A stretch of 64,000 bases of DNA from Candidatus Poriferihabitaceae bacterium (GTDB lineage: Bacteria > Pseudomonadota > Gammaproteobacteria > Arenicellales > Poriferihabitantaceae), in NCBI GenBank assembly GCA_965212085.1, contig OZ243042.1, forward strand, positions 1,921,796-1,985,795. Reading direction: 5' to 3'. Below, piece by piece: positions 30,116-40,062 of the stretch. Both the position numbers and the translations under genes were made by a program. Below the pieces are notes generated by a model. The model searched no databases. It saw nothing but the letters and a program-made list of their open reading frames with translations, and was not told the origin of the DNA. The stretch's first letter is position 1; each line of letters begins with the position of its first letter.

Positions 30116-31315
30116 ATGAAAATAGGAAAAATCCTCTACTTCGACCACCAAGCCACCACACCCGTGGATTCGAGGATTTTTGTCGAAATGTCCCCTTATT
30201 TCGTGGAGAACCCCGGAAATCCGCATTCCGAGGATCACCACCTCGGGTGGCAGGCGGCCCAAGCCGTCAAGGAGGCCGCCGGTCGTGTGGCGCGCTTTAT
30301 CGGGGCGGACGATGATGAAATCGTGTTCACTTCCGGCGCGACCGAATCAAACAATCTTGCCCTGCTTGGTTTCGGTCGGCGGGCGGCGAAGGGGAATCGC
30401 CGACGAATTCTTGTCAGTGAGATAGAGCACAAATGTGTGTTGGCCGCGAGTCATGCATTGCAGGAGCAACTTGGTTATAAGGTCGAGTATGTGCCCGTGG
30501 ATAATGAAGGACGGGTTGTTTTGTCGGCGCTTGAGCAAGCGTTGGATGACGGTGTGCTAATGGTATCCATTATGGCTGTAAACAATGAGGTTGGCACAAT
30601 TCAGGATATTGAACAAATCTCGAAACTAATCACAGGCCACGGAGCGATTTTTCACTGCGATGCAGCACAAGCCCCCTGCGCGGTGGATTTAAGTTCTTTT
30701 GCTGATTTTGTTGATCTTCTTAGTCTGTCTGCGCACAAAATGTATGGCCCCAAAGGGGTAGGCGCCCTTTTCATAAGACGAGAATTACAAGATCAAATTG
30801 AGCCTATTATTTACGGCGGGGGGCAGCAACGTAATTTACGATCAGGGACAACGCCTGTTCCCCTTTGCGTTGGCATGGGGGCGTCAGCAAATCTTCTTGG
30901 CGCTAGTGTGGCGAAACAGGAGCGGCTGTTGGTCTCCCGTCGTAGAGATCAGTTTGTAAAGGGGTTGTTGAATTTACAATGGCCCATCGACATTAATGGA
31001 CCAAAAAATGAATATCGTCATCCTGGAAACGCGAATATACGATTCATTGATTTTTCAGCGTACGATATTCTGAGTGCTCTCCAACCCGGACTGTCAGCGT
31101 CAACGGGCGCTGCCTGCACATCTGGCATTCAGGAACCTTCGCATGTTTTAAAAGCCATTGGCCTCTCAACCGTGGAGTCTGACGCATCAATCCGGTTCAG
31201 TATAGGTCGGGACACCAGCGATCCGGATATAGAGGAAGCAGTGGAGCTTGTGGGGCAAGCGCTTTCGAAGTTGTCGGTTACTAATTTGGTGAAATCTACA
31301 CAGGCAAAACGCTAA
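30116..31315 (+). CDS. sspA: Cysteine desulfurase (NifS/IscS/DndA class), SspA-like
   Basis: Start moved from the TTG at 29975 to the ATG at 30116 (MKIGKILYFDHQATTP). PLP lysine context LSLSAHKMYGPKGVGALF. Catalytic Cys loop STGAACTSG. Divergent from sspBCD. Confidence 0.8.
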   Translation: MKIGKILYFDHQATTPVDSRIFVEMSPYFVENPGNPHSEDHHLGWQAAQAVKEAAGRVARFIGADDDEIVFTSGATESNNLALLGFGRRAAKGNRRRILVSEIEHKCVLAASHALQEQLGYKVEYVPVDNEGRVVLSALEQALDDGVLMVSIMAVNNEVGTIQDIEQISKLITGHGAIFHCDAAQAPCAVDLSSFADFVDLLSLSAHKMYGPKGVGALFIRRELQDQIEPIIYGGGQQRNLRSGTTPVPLCVGMGASANLLGASVAKQERLLVSRRRDQFVKGLLNLQWPIDINGPKNEYRHPGNANIRFIDFSAYDILSALQPGLSASTGAACTSGIQEPSHVLKAIGLSTVESDASIRFSIGRDTSDPDIEEAVELVGQALSKLSVTNLVKSTQAKR

Positions 31316-31468
31316 GTGCCGACTTTTTATTGTGTTTGCGGTATTCCGGCGAAAAATCAAGGGAGGTGTATTCGATTGTTCATCTCAAAACACGTGTAGA
31401 AACTACCCCATTCACTTATAATAAGCGCTCAAACTTTTTACCGGCCTTTAACTTCCCCGAGGAATCCA

Positions 31469-32446
31469 ATGAACCCTCCCGTTCGAATCGCGGTCACCGG
31501 CGCCGCCGGCAATATCTCATATGCGCTGCTGTTTCGTATCGCCGCCGGCGATATGCTGGGCCGGGGTCAGCCCGTGATCTTGCAGTTGCTGGAAATCCCG
31601 CCGGCCATGGACGCCCTGCGCGGCGTGGTCATGGAACTGCAAGACTGCGCGTTCCCGTTGCTGGCGGGCATCATCGCGTCGGATGACGCCAACGCGGTGT
31701 TCGCCGATGCCGATTACGCGCTACTTGTGGGCTCCAAACCGCGCGGCCCGGGAATGGAGCGCGGCGAGTTGCTGACCGACAACGGCAAGATATTTTCCGC
31801 CCAGGGCAAGGCCCTCAACGACCACGCCGCGCGTTCGGTCAAGGTGCTGGTGGTGGGCAACCCGGCCAACACCAACGCCTTCATCGCCGCCGCCAACGCC
31901 CCGGACCTCGACCGCGCGCAGTTCACCGCCATGACGCGCCTCGACCACAACCGCGCCAAGGCCCGCCTCGCGCAAAAACTCGGCATCCACCACGACCACG
32001 TCCGCAAAATGACCATCTGGGGCAACCACTCCGCCACCCAGTACCCGGACGTCTCCCACGCCCTGGCCAAAGGGGAGGCGGCCATGCCAATGGTCGAACA
32101 AGCGTGGCTTGAGGAAGACTTCATTCCGGCGGTTCAGCAGCGCGGCGCGGCCATCATCAAAGCGCGGGGCGCATCCAGCGCGGCTTCGGCGGCGGCGGCG
32201 GCCATTGACCACGTGCGCGACTGGGCCCTCGGCAGCGCGCCGGACGACTGGGTGAGCATGGCGGTTTCCGGCGATGGCAGTTACGGCGTTGAAGAGGGGT
32301 TGATTTATTCTTTCCCGGTCACTTGTAGCGATGGCCGCTATCAGATCGTTCCGGATCTCGACATCAGCGACTTCAGCCGCGAAAAAATGGACGCAACCGA
32401 GCAGGAGTTGAAAGAGGAACGGGACGCGGTCCGGGATCTCGTGTAA
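31469..32446 (+). CDS. mdh: Malate dehydrogenase
   Basis: 325 aa. NAD site [18 protein letters not shown], active-site region [14 protein letters not shown]. Confidence 0.95.
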   Translation: MNPPVRIAVTGAAGNISYALLFRIAAGDMLGRGQPVILQLLEIPPAMDALRGVVMELQDCAFPLLAGIIASDDANAVFADADYALLVGSKPRGPGMERGELLTDNGKIFSAQGKALNDHAARSVKVLVVGNPANTNAFIAAANAPDLDRAQFTAMTRLDHNRAKARLAQKLGIHHDHVRKMTIWGNHSATQYPDVSHALAKGEAAMPMVEQAWLEEDFIPAVQQRGAAIIKARGASSAASAAAAAIDHVRDWALGSAPDDWVSMAVSGDGSYGVEEGLIYSFPVTCSDGRYQIVPDLDISDFSREKMDATEQELKEERDAVRDLV

Positions 32447-32465
32447 CCATTCGCGGAGAATTGCA

Positions 32466-32951
32466 ATGCCTTCATTTGACATCGTATCCGAAGTGGACTG
32501 GCAGGAAGTGAAAAACGCCGTCAACCAGGCCAACCGCGAAGTCAGCACGCGCTTTGATTTCAAGGGTAGCGACGCGCGGGTCGAGGAAAAAGATCCGCTC
32601 CTGATCATCCACGCCGACGACGACTACAAGGCCGGGCAAGTGGCGGACGTGCTGCAACTGAAACTGGCGAAACGCTCGGTGGAGGTCGGTTGCCTGGAAA
32701 AAGGCGAGGTGAAGGTAAGCCCCACCGGCAAGGCGGTTCAGGAAATCAAGGTACGGCAGGGCGTTGACACCGAACTCGCCAAAAAAATCGTCAAACTGAT
32801 CAAGGGTCAAAAAATGAAAGTGCAGGCGGCCATCCAGGGCGGGCAAGTGCGGATCAGCGGCAAAAAACGCGACGACCTGCAGCAGGTGATGGCGTTCATT
32901 GACGAGCAAAAACTCGGGTTGCCGTTGCAGTATGTGAACCTTCGCGACTGA
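32466..32951 (+). CDS. yajQ: YajQ-family nucleotide-binding protein (UPF0234)
   Basis: 161 aa. MPSFDIVSEVDWQEVKNAVNQANREVSTRFDFKG is the canonical YajQ N-terminus. Confidence 0.85.
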   Translation: MPSFDIVSEVDWQEVKNAVNQANREVSTRFDFKGSDARVEEKDPLLIIHADDDYKAGQVADVLQLKLAKRSVEVGCLEKGEVKVSPTGKAVQEIKVRQGVDTELAKKIVKLIKGQKMKVQAAIQGGQVRISGKKRDDLQQVMAFIDEQKLGLPLQYVNLRD

Positions 32952-32961
32952 GCCGACTGAT

Positions 32962-33288
32962 TCAGCCGCCGGTGTTTGGCTCAAGCAACGCGCTTTCAAT
33001 ATCGCTGAGCGCATCATCGGTGAAGCGCAATGTCGCCGATTGTTGTTCGACTTTTCTGGTCCGGCCTTTTTTGAGGTAGAAGTAATAGTCCCAGCGGTCG
33101 GCGTGGAACGGGTCGGTGATGAGCGGGTAGCCGATCACCTTGCCGACTTCCTCTTTGCTCATGCCGATTTTCAGCCTGGCGAGCATTTCCGTGGTGATTT
33201 CGTTGCCCTGCTGGATGTCGATTTTGTAGACGATGCAGCCCGGTGGCAGTAGTAGCGAGAGGAGGACGGGCAGGATGCGTAGTTTCAT
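32962..33288 (-). CDS. bamE: Outer membrane protein assembly factor BamE (SmpA/OmlA lipoprotein)
   Basis: Start moved to MKLRILPVLLSLLLPPGC (lipobox). IDIQQGNEIT...IGMSKEEV motif. Confidence 0.8.
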   Translation of the reverse strand: MKLRILPVLLSLLLPPGCIVYKIDIQQGNEITTEMLARLKIGMSKEEVGKVIGYPLITDPFHADRWDYYFYLKKGRTRKVEQQSATLRFTDDALSDIESALLEPNTGG

Positions 33289-33322
33289 TGTTGAGTGCCG
33301 GTTGTCGGTTGAGGATTGAGGT

Positions 33323-33820
33323 TTATGAAAGATTTTTGAGGACCGCGATTTCATCACAGTTGCGAAACTTGGGGCAGTTGATGCACACGCCCCACACTTT
33401 TTCTGGCAACTCGTTCATTTCCACGGTCTCGAATCCCAGGTTGTGAAAAAAACCGGTCTCGTAGGTCAGCGCCATCAACCGGCTGAGGCCCATCTCCAGC
33501 GCCTCCGCTTCGATGCGGCCCACCAGTTGCCGGCCCAGGCCGAGACCGCCGTGCTCCGGCGCCACCGCCAGGCTTCTGACTTCGCCCAGTTCCCCGGTGA
33601 ATATCTGCAGGGCGCCGCAGGCGATCACGCGCGCGCGGTTTTCGACCACCAGAAACTCGCGCATATTATTATACAGGTCGCTCTCCGAGCGCGGCAAAAG
33701 GACTTCGCGGTCGCTGAAATGTTTCAGCAGCGCGTGGATGCCGGCGACGTCCGCCAGCCGTGCGCGGCGAATCCGGTGTTGGCGAATCCGGCGGCGCGTT
33801 TTTTGTATGACGGTGTTCAT
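33323..33820 (-). CDS. GNAT N-acetyltransferase (short ArgA-like)
   Basis: 165 aa. Acetyl-CoA site RSLAVAPEHGGLGLGRQLV. Overlaps the recN stop by 4 nt. Confidence 0.75.
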   Translation of the reverse strand: MNTVIQKTRRRIRQHRIRRARLADVAGIHALLKHFSDREVLLPRSESDLYNNMREFLVVENRARVIACGALQIFTGELGEVRSLAVAPEHGGLGLGRQLVGRIEAEALEMGLSRLMALTYETGFFHNLGFETVEMNELPEKVWGVCINCPKFRNCDEIAVLKNLS

Positions 33821-35532
33821 GCCGACTGCAGCAGCCGCTCGGCGTGGGCCAGGGACTGGGGGGTCAGTTCGGCGCCGGCGGTCATGCGGGCGATCTCCTC
33901 GATGCGCTGCTGGTGATCCAATGGCCGCACGCTGACGCTGGCCTGGCGGCCGGTTTGCTTGGCTACCGACCAGTGATGATGCCCCTTGGCGGCCACCTGG
34001 GACAGGTGGGTGATGCAGATTACCTGGCGGTTGCCGCCCAGCTGGCGCAGTTTTTCACCGACCACCTCGGCCACGCGGCCGCCGATGCCCACGTCCACTT
34101 CGTCGAATATCAGCGTCGAGGCCGGCGCATCGGCGGCCATGACCACGTTGATGGCCAGGGAAATCCGCGACAGTTCGCCGCCCGACGCCACCTTGCCCAG
34201 CGGCTGCAGGGGCAGGCCGGGGTTGGCGCTGACCACGAACTCCACGCTCTCGTTGCCGCGCCGGGAAATGTGCGCCCCGCCGTTCCCATCATTCCCATCA
34301 TTCCCATCAGCAACGCTCAGGCGGATTTCAAACGCCCCGCCGGCCATGCCCAGTTCCTGCATCAGGGCGGTGACCCCGGCCTCAAGCCGCTTCGCCGCTT
34401 TGGCGCGGTTTTTGCCGATGGCGGTTGCCGAACGGTCGTAACCGGTTTTGTGTTCGTGCCACTGCGCGTCGAGCCGTTGCAGTTCGGCTTCGGGGTCTTT
34501 GATCCCGGCGCGTTCGGCGCGCAGTTGTTCGAGGCGGGACGCGAGCAGGCCGGGCAGCACCCGGTGTTTGCGGGACAGGTCGTGATAGAGCGAAAAGCGG
34601 GCTTCGATTTCGGCGATTTCCGCCGGGTTGAGCGCGCCTTCGGCGGACATCCCTTGCAGTTGGGCTGCGGACTCGCCGAGGTTGACGTTGGCTTCTTCGA
34701 GCATGGCGATGACCCTGGCGAGCCGCGCGTCGTATTCCACCAGGCGTTGCAGCTGCCGGCAGCACTCCACGAGCGCGGCACTGAGGCCGGGGCCGGGGGC
34801 GGAACCGCCTTCGCTACCGCCGTCTTCGCTCAGGCGTGCGGCCACGGCGCGCGCGCCCGCCGCCAGATCCTGGGCGTGGTGCATGCGCTTTTGCTGTTGC
34901 TCCAGTTGCGGCCATTCGTCGGGGCGCGGGTCGAGGGCTTCCAGTTCGCCGATCTGGAATTGCAGCAGGTCGGCCCGTTCCCGGGCCAGGTCGCCGTGAT
35001 TTTTGAGTTGTTCAATGCGCTCGCGCACCGCTTTTAGTTTTTCGTAGTCGCCCCCCAGTTGCGCCAGCAGTTCGGCGTTGCCGGCGGCGTTGTCGAGCAG
35101 CGACAGCTGGCCTTTTTTGCCGAGCAGGGAATGGTGTTCGTTCTGGCCGTGAATGTCCGCCAGTTCGCGGCCGAGGTCGCGCAGCATTGATGCGTTGACC
35201 GAGCGGCCGTTGATCCAGGCGCGGCTTGGTTTGTCGCGGCGCATCACCCGCCGCAGGATGCATTCGTTTTGGTTGTCGAGGCCGTGGTCAATTAGCCAGC
35301 GCATCGCCGGATGGGAATCGCCGAGGACGAAGCCGCCCTGGATTTCCGCTTCGGCCTGGGGTTGGCGGATCATCGAGTTTTCGGCGCGGTCGCCGAGCAG
35401 CACGCCCACCGCCCCGACGATCAGCGACTTGCCCGAACCGGTCTCCCCGGTGACCGTGGTGAACGAGTCGCCGAACTCCAGCGCGATGTGTTCGGCGATG
35501 GCGAGTTGGCGGATTTCCAGCCAGTCGATCAT
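33817..35532 (-). CDS. recN: DNA repair protein RecN
   Basis: 571 aa. Walker A GETGSGKS, signature ASGGELSRISLAINV, Walker B TLIFDEVDVGIGG. In-frame 9-bp x3 repeat (34282-34308) encodes GNDGNDGNG. Confidence 0.95.
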   Translation of the reverse strand: MIDWLEIRQLAIAEHIALEFGDSFTTVTGETGSGKSLIVGAVGVLLGDRAENSMIRQPQAEAEIQGGFVLGDSHPAMRWLIDHGLDNQNECILRRVMRRDKPSRAWINGRSVNASMLRDLGRELADIHGQNEHHSLLGKKGQLSLLDNAAGNAELLAQLGGDYEKLKAVRERIEQLKNHGDLARERADLLQFQIGELEALDPRPDEWPQLEQQQKRMHHAQDLAAGARAVAARLSEDGGSEGGSAPGPGLSAALVECCRQLQRLVEYDARLARVIAMLEEANVNLGESAAQLQGMSAEGALNPAEIAEIEARFSLYHDLSRKHRVLPGLLASRLEQLRAERAGIKDPEAELQRLDAQWHEHKTGYDRSATAIGKNRAKAAKRLEAGVTALMQELGMAGGAFEIRLSVADGNDGNDGNGGAHISRRGNESVEFVVSANPGLPLQPLGKVASGGELSRISLAINVVMAADAPASTLIFDEVDVGIGGRVAEVVGEKLRQLGGNRQVICITHLSQVAAKGHHHWSVAKQTGRQASVSVRPLDHQQRIEEIARMTAGAELTPQSLAHAERLLQSA

Positions 35533-36392
35533 TCGTTCCAGCCAAGTTTGGAACGCAGGGTCTCGAAGTGGTTGTGGCCGTTGATGCGGATCATGGACAG
35601 CGACTCGGCGGCCTTGCTCACGGTAACGGTCTCGCCGCCGTGCAGTTTGCAGGCGATCACTCCGTCGAGGGCGAGGTTGGCGTGGGTCTCGGCGAAAACC
35701 ATGGAGGTAATTTCCACGCGCGCGTTCTGGTCGAGCACGATGGGGCGGTTGCTCAAGGTGTGCGGGCAGATCGGCGAGAGGCTGAACACCGGCAGGGTCG
35801 GGTAGATGATCGGCCCGCCGGACGACAGCGAGTACGCGGTGGAGCCGGTGGGCGTGGCGAGGATGATGCCGTCGCTGCGGATGTGGCTGAGAAACTGGCC
35901 GTTGACGTGGATTTCAAACTCGATCAGGCGCCCGGTGTTGCCCTTGGATATGGCGGTGTCGTTGACCGAGTTGCCGTGGTGGACGGTTTGGCCGTCCACG
36001 GATACGGTGGTGTCGAGCAGGGTTCTTTGTTCGACGTGGTAGTCGCCGCGCAAAATCGCGGCGAGGCTGGGTTCGAGGTTTTGCAGGGCGATGTCGGCGA
36101 GGAAACCGAGCCGACCGAGGTTGACGCCGATGGCGGGTACGTTGTGCGCGGCGAGATTGCGCGCCGCGCTCAACATGGTGCCGTCGCCGCCCACCACGAT
36201 GGCGAGGTCAATGAGTTCGCCGAGGGGCTGGTCGCGGTCGTCAATGCGCTCGCCGTCAATGTCCGCCGAGGTGGTGCCGCCGAGCAGGACCGCGAGGTCG
36301 TGCTTCTCCAGCAGTTCCCGGATCTCGGCGACGGTGTCGCCGACGCTACGGTCGTTGAATTTGCCGAACAGTCCGACTTTGTTGATTTTCAC
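35529..36392 (-). CDS. nadK: NAD kinase
   Basis: 287 aa. VVGGDGTMLSAARNLA motif. Adjacent to recN as in many proteobacteria. Confidence 0.9.
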   Translation of the reverse strand: MKINKVGLFGKFNDRSVGDTVAEIRELLEKHDLAVLLGGTTSADIDGERIDDRDQPLGELIDLAIVVGGDGTMLSAARNLAAHNVPAIGVNLGRLGFLADIALQNLEPSLAAILRGDYHVEQRTLLDTTVSVDGQTVHHGNSVNDTAISKGNTGRLIEFEIHVNGQFLSHIRSDGIILATPTGSTAYSLSSGGPIIYPTLPVFSLSPICPHTLSNRPIVLDQNARVEITSMVFAETHANLALDGVIACKLHGGETVTVSKAAESLSMIRINGHNHFETLRSKLGWNE

Positions 36393-36621
36393 AATAGTTA
36401 CAGGGGGTTAGGGCGTAATTGTTAGCCGTCAGCCAGCCGGGAATTGGCACCGGGCGGGCGCACAAAAACAAGCATAGTATAGGGGTAATGCGGCAAAATA
36501 CAAACTTGACAGGGCGCCCGCCCCCTTGCTAGCGTAAATAGCGTAGAAGGCGCGCCCGCCGGATGTTTCCGATGGTTTCCGGTGCGCGGAATATCCCGCA
36601 CAAACGTCCCGAAATTTTTTT

Positions 36622-37698
36622 ATGCCTGAGCAATCACAGTTTCAACTGAACGAACGCGCCGAACAGGTGCTCAAGGGGCTTATCAGCCTGTACATCAGCG
36701 ACGGCAATCCGGTCGGTTCGCGGACGCTTTCCAGGGAGACCGACCTGGCCCTGAGCCCGGCCACCATTCGCAACGTCATGGCCGACCTCGAAGAGCACGG
36801 GCTGATCGAAGCGCCTCACACTTCCGCCGGGCGCGTTCCCACCCAAAAGGGCTACCGATTTTTTATCAACGGCCTGCTCAACGTCGGGCCCATGGACGAG
36901 CGCGCGCTCAGCGAAATCAAGGAACGGATTCGCGGCGTCGCCGACCCCAACGACCCCAAAAGCATTTTGACCGGGGCCACCGAAATGCTCTCTCAAATCA
37001 CCTCGTTCGCGGGCATCGTTTCGATTCCCGGCACCAGCCACGCGCACATTCGCCAGATCGAGTTTTTGCGCCTGTCCCGGCAGCGCGTGCTGGCGATCCT
37101 GATCACCGAGGACGGGCAGGTGCAGAACCGGATTTTGTCCACCCACCGCCAGTACAACGAGCCGGAACTCGTCGAAGCCGCCAACTATTTCAACGCGATT
37201 TACGGCAGCCGCACGCTGCACGGCGTGCGCGCCGAGTTGCTCGCGCATTTGCGCCAGGACCGGCGCAGCATGCAGCGGGAAATGCGCACCGCGCTCAGCA
37301 TCGTCCAGGGGCTTTTCGACGATGACGACGGGGATGACAACGCCGAGAACGTTTTGGTGAGCGGGGAAAACAACCTGCTTTCAATTCCGGATTTCGGCGA
37401 ACTGGAAAAACTCAGGCAGCTGTTTGATACCTTCAAGACCAAGCAGGTGCTTTTCGACCTGCTGCAAAAAAGCATGTTCGCCGACGGCGTGAATATCTTT
37501 ATCGGCGAGGAATCCGGCTACCGTATGTTCCGGGATTGCAGCGTGATCGCGGCGCCGTACAAAGTGGACAATCAAAAAGTCGGCGTACTCGGCGTCATCG
37601 GCCCCACCCGAATGAACTACGACGAAGTCATCTCGGCGGTGGACATCACCGCCAAACTCCTCGGCAGCGCGCTCAGTGCCTCCGCCCGCCGGCACTGA
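36622..37698 (+). CDS. hrcA: Heat-inducible transcription repressor HrcA
   Basis: 358 aa. N-terminal winged-helix region LNERAEQVLKGLISLYISDGNPVGSRTLS and LSPATIRNVMADLEEHGLI. Confidence 0.9.
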   Translation: MPEQSQFQLNERAEQVLKGLISLYISDGNPVGSRTLSRETDLALSPATIRNVMADLEEHGLIEAPHTSAGRVPTQKGYRFFINGLLNVGPMDERALSEIKERIRGVADPNDPKSILTGATEMLSQITSFAGIVSIPGTSHAHIRQIEFLRLSRQRVLAILITEDGQVQNRILSTHRQYNEPELVEAANYFNAIYGSRTLHGVRAELLAHLRQDRRSMQREMRTALSIVQGLFDDDDGDDNAENVLVSGENNLLSIPDFGELEKLRQLFDTFKTKQVLFDLLQKSMFADGVNIFIGEESGYRMFRDCSVIAAPYKVDNQKVGVLGVIGPTRMNYDEVISAVDITAKLLGSALSASARRH

Positions 37699-37731
37699 GT
37701 AGCCCGGCCACCCGCCACCGCCCGCACCACC

Positions 37732-38316
37732 ATGCCGGAAATCGAACAACTGTTCGAGCAACTCCAGGGATTCAAAATACCGCCGGTGGCGCAATGGCAG
37801 CCCCGCGAGTCCCTGGACATCGGCCTTCGCATCGCCGCCGATGGACGCTGGTATTACCAAAGTTCGGCCATTGAACGGCGGCGCATCATCCAATTGTTTG
37901 GTTCGGTGCTGCGCCTTGAACCCGATGGCCGCTATTGCCTCGTGACCCCGCGCCTCAAATATCCGGTCAGCGTGGAGGACGCGCCTTTTCAGGCGGTGGA
38001 ACTACACCGGCAGGGAACGGGCCGGGCGCAAAAACTGGTGTTCAGAACCAATTTGGATGACGTGGTGGCGACGGGCCGGGATCATCCCATTCAAGTTACC
38101 ACCGACCCGCGCAACGGACAGCCGTCTCCGTACGTTGAGGTCCGGGACGGGCTGCGGGCAAAAATTTGCCGCCCGGTTTATTATGAACTCGCGCAACTCC
38201 TTGAACCCGCCGCGCCGGGAGACGCTGATGCCGCCGATGACCAAAACGAAACCGGCGGGAAGATGCTCGGCGTGTACAGCGCCGGGGTATTTTTTCCCTT
38301 TGGCTGGAGCCGGTAG
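37732..38316 (+). CDS. Conserved hypothetical protein, DUF1285-like
   Basis: 194 aa with host-like codon usage. GLRIAADGRWYYQSSAIERRRIIQLFGSVL resembles the DUF1285 core. Assignment is from memory only. Confidence 0.5.
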   Translation: MPEIEQLFEQLQGFKIPPVAQWQPRESLDIGLRIAADGRWYYQSSAIERRRIIQLFGSVLRLEPDGRYCLVTPRLKYPVSVEDAPFQAVELHRQGTGRAQKLVFRTNLDDVVATGRDHPIQVTTDPRNGQPSPYVEVRDGLRAKICRPVYYELAQLLEPAAPGDADAADDQNETGGKMLGVYSAGVFFPFGWSR

Positions 38317-38347
38317 CCAGTAGTGTAGCCGGTTTATTTCGGCACGA

Positions 38348-40009
38348 TTATTTCAGCGGCCTGTACTTGATCCGGGTCGGCTTGATGGCGTTGCCGTGCC
38401 GGCGTTTGTAGTCCTGTTCGTAGTCGCTGTAGTTTCCTTCAAACCAAACCGCACGGGAGTTGCCTTCAAAGGCGAGGATGTGCGTGGCGATGCGGTCCAG
38501 GAACCATCTGTCGTGGGAGATGACCACGGCGCAGCCCGGAAAATTCAGGATCGCCTCCTCCAGCGCGCGCAGGGTTTCCACGTCCAGGTCGTTGGTGGGT
38601 TCGTCCAGCAGCAGCAGGTTGCCGCCTTCGCTCAGGAGTTTGGCGAGGTGCACCCGGTTGCGTTCGCCGCCGGACAGTTCGCCGACCCGTTTTTGCTGGT
38701 CGGCGCGCTTGAAGTTAAAGCGCCCGAGGTAGCGCCGCGACTGCACCTCACAGCCGCCGACCCGCATCACGTCCTGTCCGCCGGAGACTTCCTCCCACAC
38801 CGTTTTGGCCGGGTCCAGGGCGTTCCGCGACTGATCCACGCAGGCGATTTTCACGCTTTCGCCGACCCGCAAACGCCCGCCGGTGGGTTGATCGGCGCCG
38901 GTCATCAGCCGAAACAACGTGGTCTTGCCGGCGCCGTTCGGGCCGATGACGCCGACGATGCCGCCCTTCGGCAGGCTGAAACTCAGGTTTTCATACAACA
39001 GGTTGTCGCCGAAAGATTTGCTGACGTCCTCGGCTTCCAGCACCATATCCCCGAGCCGCGGCCCCGGCGGAATGTAAATCTCATTGGTCTCGGCGCGCTG
39101 CTGGTAGTCCCGCGAACTCAGCTCGTCAAAGCGCTTCAGGCGCGCCTTGCTTTTGGCGTGCCGCCCTTTGGGATTGGCGCGCACCCATTCCAGTTCCAGG
39201 CGGATGCTTTTGATGTGCGCCGCTTCGGAACGCGCTTCCAACGCCAGGCGTTTTTCCTTTTGTGCGAGCCACGACGAGTAGTTGCCCTCCCAGGGAATGC
39301 CGTGGCCGCGGTCCAGTTCGAGGATCCAGCCGGCCACGTTGTCGAGAAAATAGCGGTCGTGGGTGACCGCGATTACCGTGCCTTCAAACTCGTGCAGGAA
39401 GCGTTCCAGCCAGGCGATGGACTCGGCGTCCAGGTGGTTGGTGGGTTCATCCAGGATCAGCATGTCGGGGCTGGAAAGCAACAGCCGGCACAACGCGACC
39501 CGGCGCCTCTCGCCGCCGGACAGCGTGCCGATCCCGGCCTCCCAGGGCGGCAGGCGCAGCGCGTCGGCGGCGATTTCCAGTTTGTGGTCGAGGTTGTGGG
39601 CGTCCGCCGCCTGAATGATGTTTTCCAGTTTCGCCTGCTCGCTCGCCAGCGCGTCAAAATCCGCGTCCGCTTCGCCGTAGGCGGCGTAGATTTCCGCGAG
39701 CCGCGAATGTGCCTGCTTGATCGGCCCGAGGCCGTCCTCAACGTTGCCGCGCACGTCCTTGTCTTCGTCCAGCAGCGGCTCCTGGGGGAGGTAGCCGATG
39801 CTGAGGCCGGGTTGGGGCCGCGCTTCGCCGATGATGTCGGCGTCAACCCCGGCCATGATTTTCAGCAGCGTGGACTTGCCCGCGCCGTTATAGCCGAGCA
39901 CGCCGATCTTGGCCCCCGGAAAAAAATTCAGCGAAATGTCGGTGAGGATCGCCTGGTTGGGCGGCACCACCTTGCCCACGCCGTTCATGGTGAAAACGTA
40001 CTGCGCCAT
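38348..40009 (-). CDS. ettA: Energy-dependent translational throttle protein EttA (ABC-F)
   Basis: 553 aa. Two ABC cassettes (GYNGAGKST / LSGGERRRVAL and GPNGAGKTT / LSGGERNRVHL). N-terminus MAQYVFTMNGVGKVVPP. Confidence 0.9.
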   Translation of the reverse strand: MAQYVFTMNGVGKVVPPNQAILTDISLNFFPGAKIGVLGYNGAGKSTLLKIMAGVDADIIGEARPQPGLSIGYLPQEPLLDEDKDVRGNVEDGLGPIKQAHSRLAEIYAAYGEADADFDALASEQAKLENIIQAADAHNLDHKLEIAADALRLPPWEAGIGTLSGGERRRVALCRLLLSSPDMLILDEPTNHLDAESIAWLERFLHEFEGTVIAVTHDRYFLDNVAGWILELDRGHGIPWEGNYSSWLAQKEKRLALEARSEAAHIKSIRLELEWVRANPKGRHAKSKARLKRFDELSSRDYQQRAETNEIYIPPGPRLGDMVLEAEDVSKSFGDNLLYENLSFSLPKGGIVGVIGPNGAGKTTLFRLMTGADQPTGGRLRVGESVKIACVDQSRNALDPAKTVWEEVSGGQDVMRVGGCEVQSRRYLGRFNFKRADQQKRVGELSGGERNRVHLAKLLSEGGNLLLLDEPTNDLDVETLRALEEAILNFPGCAVVISHDRWFLDRIATHILAFEGNSRAVWFEGNYSDYEQDYKRRHGNAIKPTRIKYRPLK

Positions 40010-40062
40010 CTGCTTCTGCCTTTGCTCTGCCCTTGTCTGTTAATGTGCGCGCCGCCGCCGGG

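Noticed and set aside
36393-36621. Searched the hrcA upstream region for a CIRCE operator (ttagcactc-N9-gagtgctaa) and for a sigma-32 or sigma-70 promoter around TTGACA at 36506.
   Set aside because: No CIRCE-like inverted repeat is present. TTGACA has no acceptable -10 hexamer at 16-18 bp spacing, and the CCCCTTGCT element is too close for a canonical sigma-32 spacing. No promoter call could be supported.
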